A stretch of 63,919 nucleotides of DNA, filler included, from Collodictyon triciliatum (lineage: Eukaryota), in NCBI GenBank assembly GCA_043381765.1. It is 6 parts of 4 records of this genome, joined end to end, with 100 filler letters (N's around TTAATTAATTAA, not from the genome) between each part and the next. Parts side by side here need not be neighbours in the genome. Positions count along the whole stretch, not along the records: positions 1 to 24,373 come from JBHJMP010000898.1; positions 24,474 to 30,203 come from JBHJMP010000906.1; positions 30,304 to 33,603 come from JBHJMP010000906.1; positions 33,704 to 53,001 come from JBHJMP010000906.1; 2 more parts are not named here. One strand, written 5' to 3'. The notes under the pieces are model-generated. The model worked only from the letters and a program-made list of their open reading frames with translations, searched no databases and was not told the DNA's origin. Positions within the stretch are counted from its first letter, which is position 1, and each line of letters opens with the position of its first letter. Shown piece by piece: positions 13,155 to 48,799 of the stretch. The translations under genes and the position numbers were made by a program.

Positions 13155-14189
13155 TCAGCGAGCACCGGTAAACAGCGCAGTTTTGCTCTTCTTTGCCGGA
13201 TTCTCCAATCGTTTTTCCTCGTCCGTGCGTGAGTGTAAAGTGTTTGAGTGAGTCTGCATCGGCTGGGAATGAGAATGTGATTCAGGTATAGCTGTGGCTG
13301 TGGTTGTTGCCATCTGCCTGTCCTCCTCCGATTCCTCCTGGCCCTCGGCTTCATTCTCGTCACCATCGGATTCGCTGTCTGCCTTCTGATTTGTAAAGAA
13401 CTCGCTGTCGAGCGCGGTGGCGTGGTTGAGTCGCATCAATACTTTCAGGCATTTTTCCAGTGTCCCTGTTTGTCGGTAGAGGTGTCTTGTGAGTTTAAGT
13501 TTTTCTTTTCTTTCATTATTTTGATTGCTCTTTATTTTTCCCCGTTGGATATTGTTGATTATATTAGAGTCGCACTTCAGATATATACATATGTCTTTTG
13601 CTAGTTTGGTTACTATGTTTGGCTCATGAACGAAGGCGGAATGGATTCTGCAGCTTCCGCCAAGGCGCGCACAAACCTGATATGTGGAGTGTTTGGATCA
13701 CAGTGTCTCGCCCCGAGAATCGCCGGATGAAGAAGCAGCCGAAGACAAAGTCCTTCGCAAAGGATCTTGGGATGCGGGCGATGGCTGTGCTTGTGTTTGG
13801 ATTCCAGAACTTTGCTTTGTGCATAATTATGTATGTGTATATACGTGAGTGTACGCTTACGAAAGAGCAATTATACCAGAGATGGCATTACGTACACATA
13901 GACAAATAAGTAAGTAAATGAGACAAGAAGTGGCAACAAAGAAGGGACTTGGAGAAAGAAAAGAGAACAAAAGAAAAAGAGGGGAATGAGAAGGAAAAGG
14001 CTTTGCGTGAGTGCGTGTGCGAGACAAACCAACAAGCCCACGAATGCGGGCCAGAGCCAACTCGCCATAAAACTTGCTGAGATGCTCCTGCAAGCGAAGA
14101 GTGACGTCCATCGCATTCAGGTATGATTGTTGACTCCCGTCGCCCCAGTGGAAGCGGAAAAGCACGTAGCGCGATTTGAAGCGAGCCAT
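13155..14189 (-). CDS. POP5: RNase P/MRP protein subunit Pop5 (Rpp14/Pop5 family), 3 exons, with acidic low-complexity tail
   Basis: Exon 1 MARFKSRYVLFRF...FYGELALARIR; exon 2 KFWNPNTSTAIARIPR...IQTLHISG; exon 3 GTLEKCLKVL. This matches the Pop5 pattern (MVRFKxRY ... LHVSGTIRxC). Confidence 0.88.
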
Positions 14190-14768
14190 TCTGGGTGCGT
14201 GTTTGCAAGCAAGTCTCAGCAAAGTACAGTTGCAATCTTGCCTTCCTTTTTTTCTTTCTTTTATTATCCTCCCACTCAAGCAAAGCCTCGTCAAGATAGT
14301 GAAAAAAAAAATAGAAGAAAAAAGAAAAGAGAAGAAAAGAGAAAGGAAGTAGCTTTTGTGTATGAATGCCCACAAGAAACACTTTCAAGCGTCAATCGAT
14401 TCAATCCAGAGTTGCTTCGTGCGAGTTGATTTGCTTTGCTGGGTTGATTGTTATATTCATTATTTTTATACATCGCCGAAACATAACTGAATGCTGCACT
14501 CACCACAAGGACGCAAAACAGACGAGAAGATAAGGAAAGGAAAAGAAAAGAAAAGAAGTGAGAAAAAGAAAAGGAAAAAAGAATGATGAAGGAGAGACAC
14601 CACCAATCAGAATCCCGCCCAGAACACCAGGATTATACCGACACCAACCCAGAACAGAAATGAAATGAGGAGAGAAAGACATTCTCGTCAGATAACAACA
14701 CACGAAAGGACACAGCGCCATCAAAGGCGACAATGATAGCAACAAGAATAACATCTCCAAAGGGCTCA

Positions 14769-21500
<6,732 letters not shown>

Positions 21501-22418
21501 GATCACAACAAAAGTAAATAAAAATAAAAAGTAAGGGCAACAAAGCCAACAAAGATAAAGCAGCTGATTATGCGCGGCGTTTCTGCAAGAACGAGGCAAA
21601 AAGATAAAATAAGTAGAATGATAATAACATATCATTCCCAAAGCCACGGACAAAGGAAATAAAGCCAAAGCCTTTTCCTTTTCATGTGTCCAGCACTTGC
21701 AATGCGTCAGAATTGAACCACGGATACAACACAGTATGTTTGTCGGAAAAGAATCCTTTCAAAAATAAAACACGAATAAAGAAAATTAAAAAAAAAAAAA
21801 GCTTGCGCTGCGTCGAGTAAAAGCGAAATTATAGCAAAGAAATTGCAGAGAAGCGGACGAAACCAGCAAAGGCTGATCAAACCCACATGGACATTCATAC
21901 CTTATTTGTATATTTGAACCGTTGGATGTGCTTCAATGAATACAGCTAAAGACAGATGATATACCGACAAAGCGAGCACCCGCAAGAAGATTTTTTACTA
22001 CAATATATCGATTTAATATTGTTTTTGTCCACATAAATGTCATTTGATTCATCTATATGCACTTACATTGTGATATACTATAAATCCCAGATACAGAAAC
22101 CAGTCGAATAACCGCCAGACAAATCCGGAAAACACTCGCGCAAGGTCTATTTTTGGACTTATCGCAATCATCACACCAGCAACTCCAGCCAAGGTCTCCC
22201 TCACAAATCAACCATCAAATAGACAAGACGCCTGCCTCCAAACAACAGCGCACATACCCTCCCCAGCCTCGAACTCTGGATTCCTGATCCAATCTACTCA
22301 CCGCACCCTCTTTTCTTTCTTTCTTTCTTTCTTTCTTCTCTTCGGCGTTTATTTGTTGGCAGCTTAGCCGCTACATAAGCGCCCGCACTAACAAGACAGA
22401 CAGCCACACAGCCACACG

Positions 22419-23600
22419 ATGCCCCAGCGCAGCGACGCGCCACAACTCAGTTACAAGCCTTACAGAGCTGGTCTTCTTCTGGCTCTGATCCATGTTCTTG
22501 CCTTTGCTTTTGCGCTCGGTGATTCTGCGGCGCAAGCAAAACCGATCCAGTTGGAATCGCTCTCTGTGCCTGCATCGTTGCCGGCGGTCTCTCTGATTCG
22601 CTCGCTGGCAAACGGCTCGCTCTCGCTTGCGTCGGTGCCACAGAGCCCTGCGAATGCTCACGACCCGGAGAGCCTCGACTGGCCGCCAGAAGGGACGGTC
22701 GATCAGACGCAGCCGTGGCTAGAGCGTAGCGCTAATGCAATTGGGTACACGCCCGTTGCGTATCTGAAGTCGCCATACGAGCTGGTTGGCTCGTACTTTG
22801 GGATTTCGGTGGCTCTGAAGGATCCACTCTTGGTTGTCGGGGCGCCAATGACGCCAATATCTGGGTATGCCCAAACAGGCTACGCAACCATCTTTTCTCG
22901 CTCGGGATTCATGTTCAGCACGTTTTCCATCCTGCACGCGAAGGACGCACGACTCCCGCAGCTCACAAACACCTTCTACGGCATTTGCGTGGCCATTTCT
23001 GCTACTCATACGTTCGTGGCCGGCATCGACGACCGCTCGAAGACGGGCTTTGTGGCGGTATACAACACGCAGGGCGCATCGACAAGATACATTCATACCA
23101 TAGCAAGCCCAGTCTCCCAGCCTTACTCGGGATTCGGCCGAGCCATCTCTGCGGATGAGCGCTATCTCTTTATTGCCGCGCCCTTTCAGGACTCAAACGC
23201 CCTTTCTCGACGCGGGTCTATTCATGTCTACATTCGCCTCGGTATTAGCTTTGTGAGGACAGGAGAAATAACAAACAACATGATCGGTGCGTTCTCCAAC
23301 TTTGGAATGGTGATGTATTCTGAATCGATCGATAAGGATGAATTCCCTGAGATGGATAGTACTTGGACAGAATCGAAGAGAAGCTACATCATGATACAGA
23401 GCCTGCCTGGGATTGTCTTCCTTTATCGGGAGTCTGCAAAGGGCTCTCAGCCAGGGCAGGTCTGGGAAGGGATGGGTGGGATGCCTGGGCGCATACCCAC
23501 CTATGTCCGAAATGAAATGTTTGACATTCACGGGTCTTATTTCGATAACTTCCAGACAGGAGGGGTCATCATCAAAGTGAATAACAAATACCTCCAGTAA
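22419..23600 (+). CDS. Intronless, probably secreted FG-GAP-repeat (integrin-alpha-type beta-propeller) protein, 393 aa
   Basis: Long GC-richer ORF with hydrophobic N-terminal segment GLLLALIHVLAFAFALG. Repeats GSYFGISVAL..LLVVGAP, FYGICVAIS..TFVAG and SGFGRAISA..LFIAAP..GSIHVY. Confidence 0.75.
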   Translation: MPQRSDAPQLSYKPYRAGLLLALIHVLAFAFALGDSAAQAKPIQLESLSVPASLPAVSLIRSLANGSLSLASVPQSPANAHDPESLDWPPEGTVDQTQPWLERSANAIGYTPVAYLKSPYELVGSYFGISVALKDPLLVVGAPMTPISGYAQTGYATIFSRSGFMFSTFSILHAKDARLPQLTNTFYGICVAISATHTFVAGIDDRSKTGFVAVYNTQGASTRYIHTIASPVSQPYSGFGRAISADERYLFIAAPFQDSNALSRRGSIHVYIRLGISFVRTGEITNNMIGAFSNFGMVMYSESIDKDEFPEMDSTWTESKRSYIMIQSLPGIVFLYRESAKGSQPGQVWEGMGGMPGRIPTYVRNEMFDIHGSYFDNFQTGGVIIKVNNKYLQ

Positions 23601-24267
23601 AATGGCCGAACGATCTGTTGCATCCTGTCTTCATATGTAAAGGGGGCGGCAGTTCGGCCCCTTGTTGCAGCATGGCAAAGTCCAGCATATATTCCCTCGA
23701 CAATACCTCCCTTTTACCCCTTCCTCCTTTCTCTTGTTCACTTTTTGCATCTTTTTATTTCCTAGCCAGGGAGACATCGCCACTGTAAGCTGAAAGGCCT
23801 TAGTTCAAATAATAAATAACAAATTAGAATTCTTGTCGGAATTGATAGTTTTTTTTTATGGATGATGATGATGTACGGGTGCGCGCGTTAAGATTATAGG
23901 TTTGTTTGTCATCTTTTCCTCTTGTTTACTGGCTACCTCCCGCCAATCCATTCGTGTTGCTGAGCCCTTCTCTTCCAGAATTGCTTTGTATTTCTACACG
24001 AAAAAATTTGCTTTTATTAGAAATATTACTTTAGATATACTTTGACAATTTTGACGTTCCAGTTAATTTATAGGTATATTCATTTCCACAAAAGAATCAG
24101 ACTGTATATGTGCATTTAGTTGAATAAAATATAAAACTCCTTTCGTAGTATATAAATAACTTTGACGCGAAACGCGACGTGTACACCGATCAAAGCAAGA
24201 CGGACAGCTCCCAACCGATTCACGGCCCGAAGTCCAGATCAAAAGGCAGTAAACATACACCCACAAA

Positions 24268-24373
24268 AAAGAACAAAAGAACAAAAGAACAAAAGAACAA
24301 AAGAACAAAAGAACAAAAGAACAAAAGAACAAAAGAACAAAAGAACAAAAGAACAAAAGAACAAAAGAACAAA
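24268..24373. repeat. (AAAAGAAC)n microsatellite at contig end
   Basis: Tandem octamer running into an N gap. Confidence 0.95.
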
Positions 24374-24417
24374 NNNNNNNNNNNNNNNNNNNNNNNNNNN
24401 NNNNNNNNNNNNNNNNN

Positions 24418-24429
24418 TTAATTAATTAA
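24418..24429. other. Artificial contig linker TTAATTAATTAA inside N padding (also 30248-30259, 33648-33659, 53046-53057, 61324-61335)
   Basis: An identical palindromic all-frame-stop 12-mer is flanked by similar-length N runs five times. Confidence 0.93.
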
Positions 24430-24966
24430 NNNNNNNNNNNNNNNNNNNNNNNNNNNNNNNNNNNNNNNNNNNNAAAAAACAAAAAAAAAAAAAAAAAAAA
24501 AAAAAAAACAAAAAAAAAAAAAAAAAAAAAAAAAAAAACAAATTACAAAAAACGAAAAAAAAATAGACATAAGCACAGTAAAAGAGATAAGGAAAGGTGA
24601 ACGCAATACTTCAGAATAGCCCAGGAATAAGTTTCGACCTCACCTAGCTCAATATATAAATAAAAATTAATAACCAAAAAAATAAAAATAAATCGTGATC
24701 TTAGTGGGAGTTCGCTGACTGGAAAGCGCCAACAGCATAATATTTTAAACGTGTTGAGCGAACATTCCCTGACCTTGCACTTTCCCTTTCCAATCTCCTA
24801 CACACGACTCGCTTCGTGCACGGAACTATTTCCCTTTATTTAAGCTGCAAAAATCTACCAGTGTCCTTCCAACTCACACACTTGTTTCATACCTCGCTCG
24901 ACAATTCCTTCTTTCACCGCTTCTATTTCTGTCCACCTCTCCATAACAAACTTTCTACCTCACAGG

Positions 24967-29240
<4,274 letters not shown>

Positions 29241-29720
29241 TCCCGGCCACCGTCCATTTAAATACACGCGGACAGTTCCCATGTTCCCCACAGTTGCGTA
29301 CCACAATATGCGACTCTCCTTGCCAAACCTCGCACTATCTTTGTCTCTCTTCCCGATGTTCTTTGGCCTCACCCTCCCATGAAAAAAATCTAACAAAAAA
29401 AAAAAAAAAAGAAAAGAAATCCACGTAGTCTGTTGAGAGTCTTGAGCTGAGAGGAGGATTAGGGTTTCATCATCTTTTCTTTTTTTTTTAAAAAATAATA
29501 ATAATGATAATTGGGAAATAAAGCAAGGATATTTCATTTTCATTTTGTCTGCTGATGAGCCTCTGATGAGTCTATCGGTATGGTTTATGCTTTGTTTCTG
29601 AACTCCCACTCCATCAACATCATCATCATCATCATCATCATCCGATCGCCGTCACGATTGCTGCACTACCTTGCTGTCTGGGAGGCTCATGCAAGCAGGG
29701 GCGGACGGCAACGACCAGGA

Positions 29721-30093
29721 TTAGGCGCGGATGGAAACGCGCCCAACAGCCTCGATGTATTCCTCGTAGAAGGCAGAGGACTTTCGGAACGTGGGGTCGG
29801 TCTGCATCGTGTGCAGAATCTGGAGGGCTGCGTCTGGGTCTTTGGAGGCGGAAAGGACTCTGGCCATGGAGAGCGCCTGCGCATGGTCCAAGGCAGCCAG
29901 TTGGGCAGCGCGCTGGTAGGCTGCGGCCGAGAGTGTGTAGAGTCCGTTCGCCTCGAGCACAAGCGCCTCCAGGATGGAAAGCAGGCGGGTCTCTGTCTGG
30001 CTGGCGGCGACTTGGAAGGAGCCGACTTCGGGGATGCCCGGGGCACGTCCGAGCGCCTGGAGGGCATGGGCCTCGAGAAGGTGTGCGTGGATC
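29721..30093 (-). CDS. 3' exon of an unidentified alpha-helical (TPR-like) protein, 5' part lost at the contig break
   Basis: GC-rich open frame STHLLEAHALQALGR...LEANGLYTLSAAAYQRAAQL...DPDAALQILHTM downstream of a CAG acceptor. Confidence 0.45.
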
Positions 30094-30112
30094 TGTTGGC
30101 ATCGTGAGAATT

Positions 30113-30410
30113 GAGATGAGATGAGATGAGATGAGATGAGATGAGATGAGATGAGATGAGATGAGATGAGATGAGATGAGATGAGATGAGATGAGATGAG
30201 ATGNNNNNNNNNNNNNNNNNNNNNNNNNNNNNNNNNNNNNNNNNNNNTTAATTAATTAANNNNNNNNNNNNNNNNNNNNNNNNNNNNNNNNNNNNNNNNN
30301 NNNTTTCTATCTTTCTATCTTTCTATCTTTCTATCTTTCTATCTTTCTATCTTTCTATCTTTCTATCTTTCTATCTTTCTATCTTTCTATCTTTCTATCT
30401 TTCTATCTTT
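30113..30410. repeat. (GAGAT)n and (TTTCTATC)n microsatellites flanking a contig linker
   Basis: Tandem arrays on either side of the N-linker. Confidence 0.93.
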
Positions 30411-30490
30411 CTTTCTTTATTGGGGAACCTATGCATATACAAAAACTTCTATTATGTCTGTGCCGTACTTTATTTCATATCTTATATTAG

Positions 30491-41005
<10,515 letters not shown>

Positions 41006-41641
41006 GATAGTTTTACAGTAAATGAAATAAAAAAATGCGTAAAATGGATATATAGGCTTATCAATTATACTTTTTTTTTTTATATCTTTTATAAGGCACT
41101 CTTAGGCTTCTACTAATTTGAAATTCAGAAAGGCTTTTAAAAGAAAATATGAACTGGTATTCTACTTCAAGGTGCGTTTTGATGTTTATTGATGTGTAAA
41201 GAAATTCGAGATGAACGAAAGCGATATGCCTTGAGCAAACTACGAAACTGATAAACTTGAGTAAGTTTTTTTAACCCTTCCTTCCCTTGAATCGAATAAA
41301 GGGGAAAAGACTTGAGGAAGTTTTCCTGCGATGTGACCAAACCAAAACAAAGTACACCTATGAATCATCTCTGCGATTCAGAAAAGAGACATACGCAAAT
41401 CTGAATCGCATCCATTTGTTTTGGTTTCTGTCGCGATAAAGCAAAAACCACACGAAATATCGGCTTTCGGGCTTGTATCGAATTGAATTACACAGCAGCC
41501 CTTTTCATTACAAAGTTTGATAAATGACGTCGGTATTTTATATAATCATAATCATAATCGCATTCACCAACCAAACAAATCATGAAATAAGCCCATATAA
41601 ATTAGTTGCAATTGCCGTTGCTGTTTTATGTGGTCCCCACT

Positions 41642-44223
41642 TCAACGAATCAGGCTTGCAATATACTCGCGAATGGCCAAACCGAGCACACAACAAAAGG
41701 CTTGGAAACCAAGAAGAATGAGGCACAGGTTCCTCTCGGTGGTTGGGCCGATAATTTGCTGGTGTTAGTAGGAAAATAATTGATTAGTCGCAATTCTGAG
41801 AAGTAAAAGAAAAGGTGTGATAATAAGAGCCTTTGGGACACTGTCTTGCATATCATACACAAACCAGTGTTAGGTTGATGAGAGTGTAGTTGGGAGACGG
41901 CTCCAGTTTTCCAGATGCTTTGTTTAGCCTGTTTATTTATATTGATTTTACGAATTATTATAATACCAATATTACAAAGATAGAGTTATAGATATGAAAT
42001 GGTAAGAAACAAAAAAAAAACGCAATTTCTTTCAAGGAATTGAAATATTAGTATTTCAATTTTGTTGCATGTAGAACATACTTTGGGAGTCTGTGGCGAG
42101 GGCATGGAACAATTCCAACTAGTTGTGGGATGGAATAAAGAAAGTTTATGATTTGCGGAATAAAAAAGAATAATAAAGTCTCGCTATAGTGCCCAAGAAT
42201 TCCGACAACGGCAAAAACCATTCCTATAAAGCATTTGATAAATCATGATGAAACAGAGTAATTATACATAAAATATTGTGGGTAGTCTGACATATATATT
42301 CTAGAAAAAAACCTGCAAAGTATGTGTAAGTATCACCAACGAATACTCTGGATGGATACCTAGAATGTATTTAACTCGACTAAATATATATAATAGTCAT
42401 TTAAATTATAGTCATTATTAATACCAAAAGAATGAAAATAACAGAAAAGCCATTCATAGTTAAATAAATTGAGGAATCCAAAGAATGCCCACCAATTGTA
42501 ATACAAAAGCCCGATGGAGGTGCATACAAACGGTAAAGTGAGGAAGATGGAGAAAAGGTGAGCTTGTACAAATGGCCCACTTTCGATATATGTGAGGTTA
42601 AAGTAGAGAATCGAGGAGCCTATGACGAACGACTGTCCGACTTCTAGACCTAATTGTAATTTGTTTGCATAAATCCAGCAGAATCGTGCGAATTTGAACC
42701 TATAAAGTAAAACTGGCCAACGTGATACCATTTAAACCAGCAAAAATATTGATGGCGTTTGAGCAGAATACGGACAGAAGACCCATGTATATTTGGTAAA
42801 AGATGCCTATATTTTGATAGACATATTTGAGAAATCTATTATGTCCCCTTTCAACATGATAATCAAAAAAAAAAAAAAAAAGGAGGATAATTATGCATGA
42901 TTTCGCATCTACCGAGAGCGATTTGGGGTCCGAGATAGGCTTGCAAGAATCGGGGTACAAGGACTGTAGTGGAGCCTCGGTATGCTTCAGGTAACGATTA
43001 GTCATTTTAGTTATAATGTGTAACAATGCAGCGAATGCGTTCGTGTTTCATTAAACTAAGCATCAAGCGTCAGTACGATTTAACATGAGTATAACTATTG
43101 CACAATTGTAAAGCCATTCCCACACGTTTGAAAAATTTTAATGGACTTTGTTTTCTTGCTTCTGCCTTTTCCTTTTTCTTTTTTTACTTTATTTTACTAT
43201 TAAGAGAGAAAAAAAGAGAATGCTTCAAAATTGAAGGTACTCTACCAACTAACAGCGGGAGGGTGGCGACCGACGGAAGCACAAGCTTATATCTCCATCG
43301 AAGATTCAGCACATCATCTGCAAATCCCAAGAATATCATAAAGCAAATTGACGTCATTGCAGCATTATACTCCGCTAACTATATAGTTTCACAGTCGAAT
43401 GTAAATAACGGTAAAGGTTGAAGGATAAACAGGCATGTCCATTTTTCGAATGTGAATTTCGCTTCCCTAAATAATATCATAACCAAGAAACCTTACCATC
43501 GCTTCATCGACATAGAACTGGAAGAAAATCACACACATGAGAAATACGGTTCCTGGCACAATACCCATACTTTCGGGACTGTAATATAAAGAATCGATAT
43601 GAAAAAAAAAATTAGTTAAGGTTATGAGAAGCAAATTCAAAAAGTTATGAGCATTTTCAACATAGAGGCAGGGTGAGAAATACAATCGCCCACATTTTCT
43701 TCCCTTCGCTCTTGTTAATGTCAATTCCAAACAGGCCCGCTTTTCTATGGATGTTTGAATGTCAAGAACGGAATAAAAAATGAAAGGAAAAGGAACCACG
43801 ATATTCAATCACCTATTCACAAGAATTTTTTTTGAAAATATGGTCTGGTACTCAGATAACGTGAGTAAATTGCTCTTACAAATTTATTAGCTTCATCGAC
43901 GGAATCAGGAGATAAGTGCTAAATTTGAGTAATTAGTATTGGCTGAAATACTCTGATATTTTTTGGATACCTATACAGAGATTCGAGAACGGGAGTCATA
44001 AGATGAAAGATTCCTCCCTTCTTTTTTTCCCTTTATTTCATTCAATGGCTGAAAGAATCAAAACCTTATTCCACCAATAATCGAAACCAAAAGACAAACA
44101 AAAATTTCCTTCTTCTTGGTTTCATCTCCCAGATTGACCCATTTCCAAAGGAACGGAGCCAGGGTAACCAATATCAAGAAAGTTGTCCAGCCTTGCACGT
44201 GAAAGTAACCCTTGAATCAAGCA

Positions 44224-44309
<86 letters not shown>

Positions 44310-44892
44310 GATACTGTTCACATGTAATCATTTTGAAATAATGAACTAAAAATATTTCTCATCTTTTTTAACCGTCATATTCTCCATAGATATTATCTAG
44401 TTTCTTTCTTCTCAACATCAAATAATTCATAGAATCGAATAAAGGGGAAAAACATTAAATAATTCATTAAACAGGTAAATATTTATGCATACACGTGACG
44501 TCTTTTGACTTTTATTTAAAAGAAACGCACTGGAGGAATAGAGACAAGACCCCCGTCTTGAAGATATATTCGAGGTAATATTGAATTCAATTATATAAGG
44601 TAGATACCTCGTCCAGGCTTTTAATATCATTCTCAGTTATGACGGCGTTTTCACCGGACTTTGCAGAGGTCACCACTCCAACAGCTGCAGAATTATGGGC
44701 CTTTTGTTTTGGATCCTCTTTTCTCTCTTTGACGACCGGTTCCTTCCTTTAAGAAAGTGAGTTTTGGCGAAGAAGAAAAAAAAAGGGCAGAAAACACGTT
44801 ACTCTTTTGTATTCTCGTTCTTGACTTAACGTAACTTTTGGAGAAAGAAATGTAAAAGAAAATAAAAAAATAAACCGTGACTTTGGTGCCAT
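41642..44892 (-). CDS. DPAGT1: UDP-GlcNAc:dolichyl-phosphate GlcNAc-1-P transferase (Alg7/DPAGT1), multi-exon; start at 44892 tentative
   Basis: [96 protein letters not shown]. Confidence 0.95.
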
Positions 44893-45184
44893 CTTTCTCT
44901 CCTCGATCGTCCCTTCTACCGAGCCTCGCTTCAAGGAAAATCACTACCTGCTTCATTTGTTTGCTTAGACTTATCAACAAAGTAACAAGAATCAAAGAGT
45001 TGTGAAAGTGTTTACACACCAATCTAAAGTCATGTATTATATTGATCTTTCTCTCTTTTCTTTTATTTTATTCTGTTTTGTTTTTTTTTTCGGCCTTTCG
45101 GAGCCAGAGAAACTGCACAGCACGGCCGAAGCGTTTCACCGGCTCGCCCACAAGCTGGGCCGCCCTGGTTGGTGTGCCTGCATC

Positions 45185-48076
<2,892 letters not shown>

Positions 48077-48799
48077 NNNNNNNNNNNNNNNNNNNNNNNN
48101 NNNNNNNNNNNNNNNNNNNNNNNNNNNNNNNNNNNNNNNNNNNNNNNNNNNNNNNNNNNNNNNNNNNNNNNNNNNNNNNNNNNNNNNNNNNNNNNNNNNN
48201 NNNNNNNNNNNNNNNNNNNNNNNNNNNNNNNNNNNNNNNNNNNNNNNNNNNNNNNNNNNNNNNNNNNNNNNNNNNNNNNNNNNNNNNNNNNNNNNNNNNN
48301 NNNNNNNNNNNNNNNNNNNNNNNNNNNNNNNNNNNNNNNNNNNNNNNNNNNNNNNNNNNNNNNNNNNNNNNNNNNNNNNNNNNNNNNNNNNNNNNNNNNN
48401 NNNNNNNNNNNNNNNNNNNNNNNNNNNNNNNNNNNNNNNNNNNNNNNNNNNNNNNNNNNNNNNNNNNNNNNNNNNNNNNNNNNNNNNNNNNNNNNNNNNN
48501 NNNNNNNNNNNNNNNNNNNNNNNNNNNNNNNNNNNNNNNNNNNNNNNNNNNNNNNNNNNNNNNNNNNNNNNNNNNNNNNNNNNNNNNNNNNNNNNNNNNN
48601 NNNNNNNNNNNNNNNNNNNNNNNNNNNNNNNNNNNNNNNNNNNNNNNNNNNNNNNNNNNNNNNNNNNNNNNNNNNNNNNNNNNNNNNNNNNNNNNNNNNN
48701 NNNNNNNNNNNNNNNNNNNNNNNNNNNNNNATTAATTTAGAATTCAATTTTTACATCGGAGCCGAGTATATTACGATAAGAAGAAAAAAACGTTTTAAC

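Noticed and set aside
24418-24429. Recurrent palindrome TTAATTAATTAA as a biological motif
   Set aside because: It is always embedded in uniform N padding, so it is an assembly linker.
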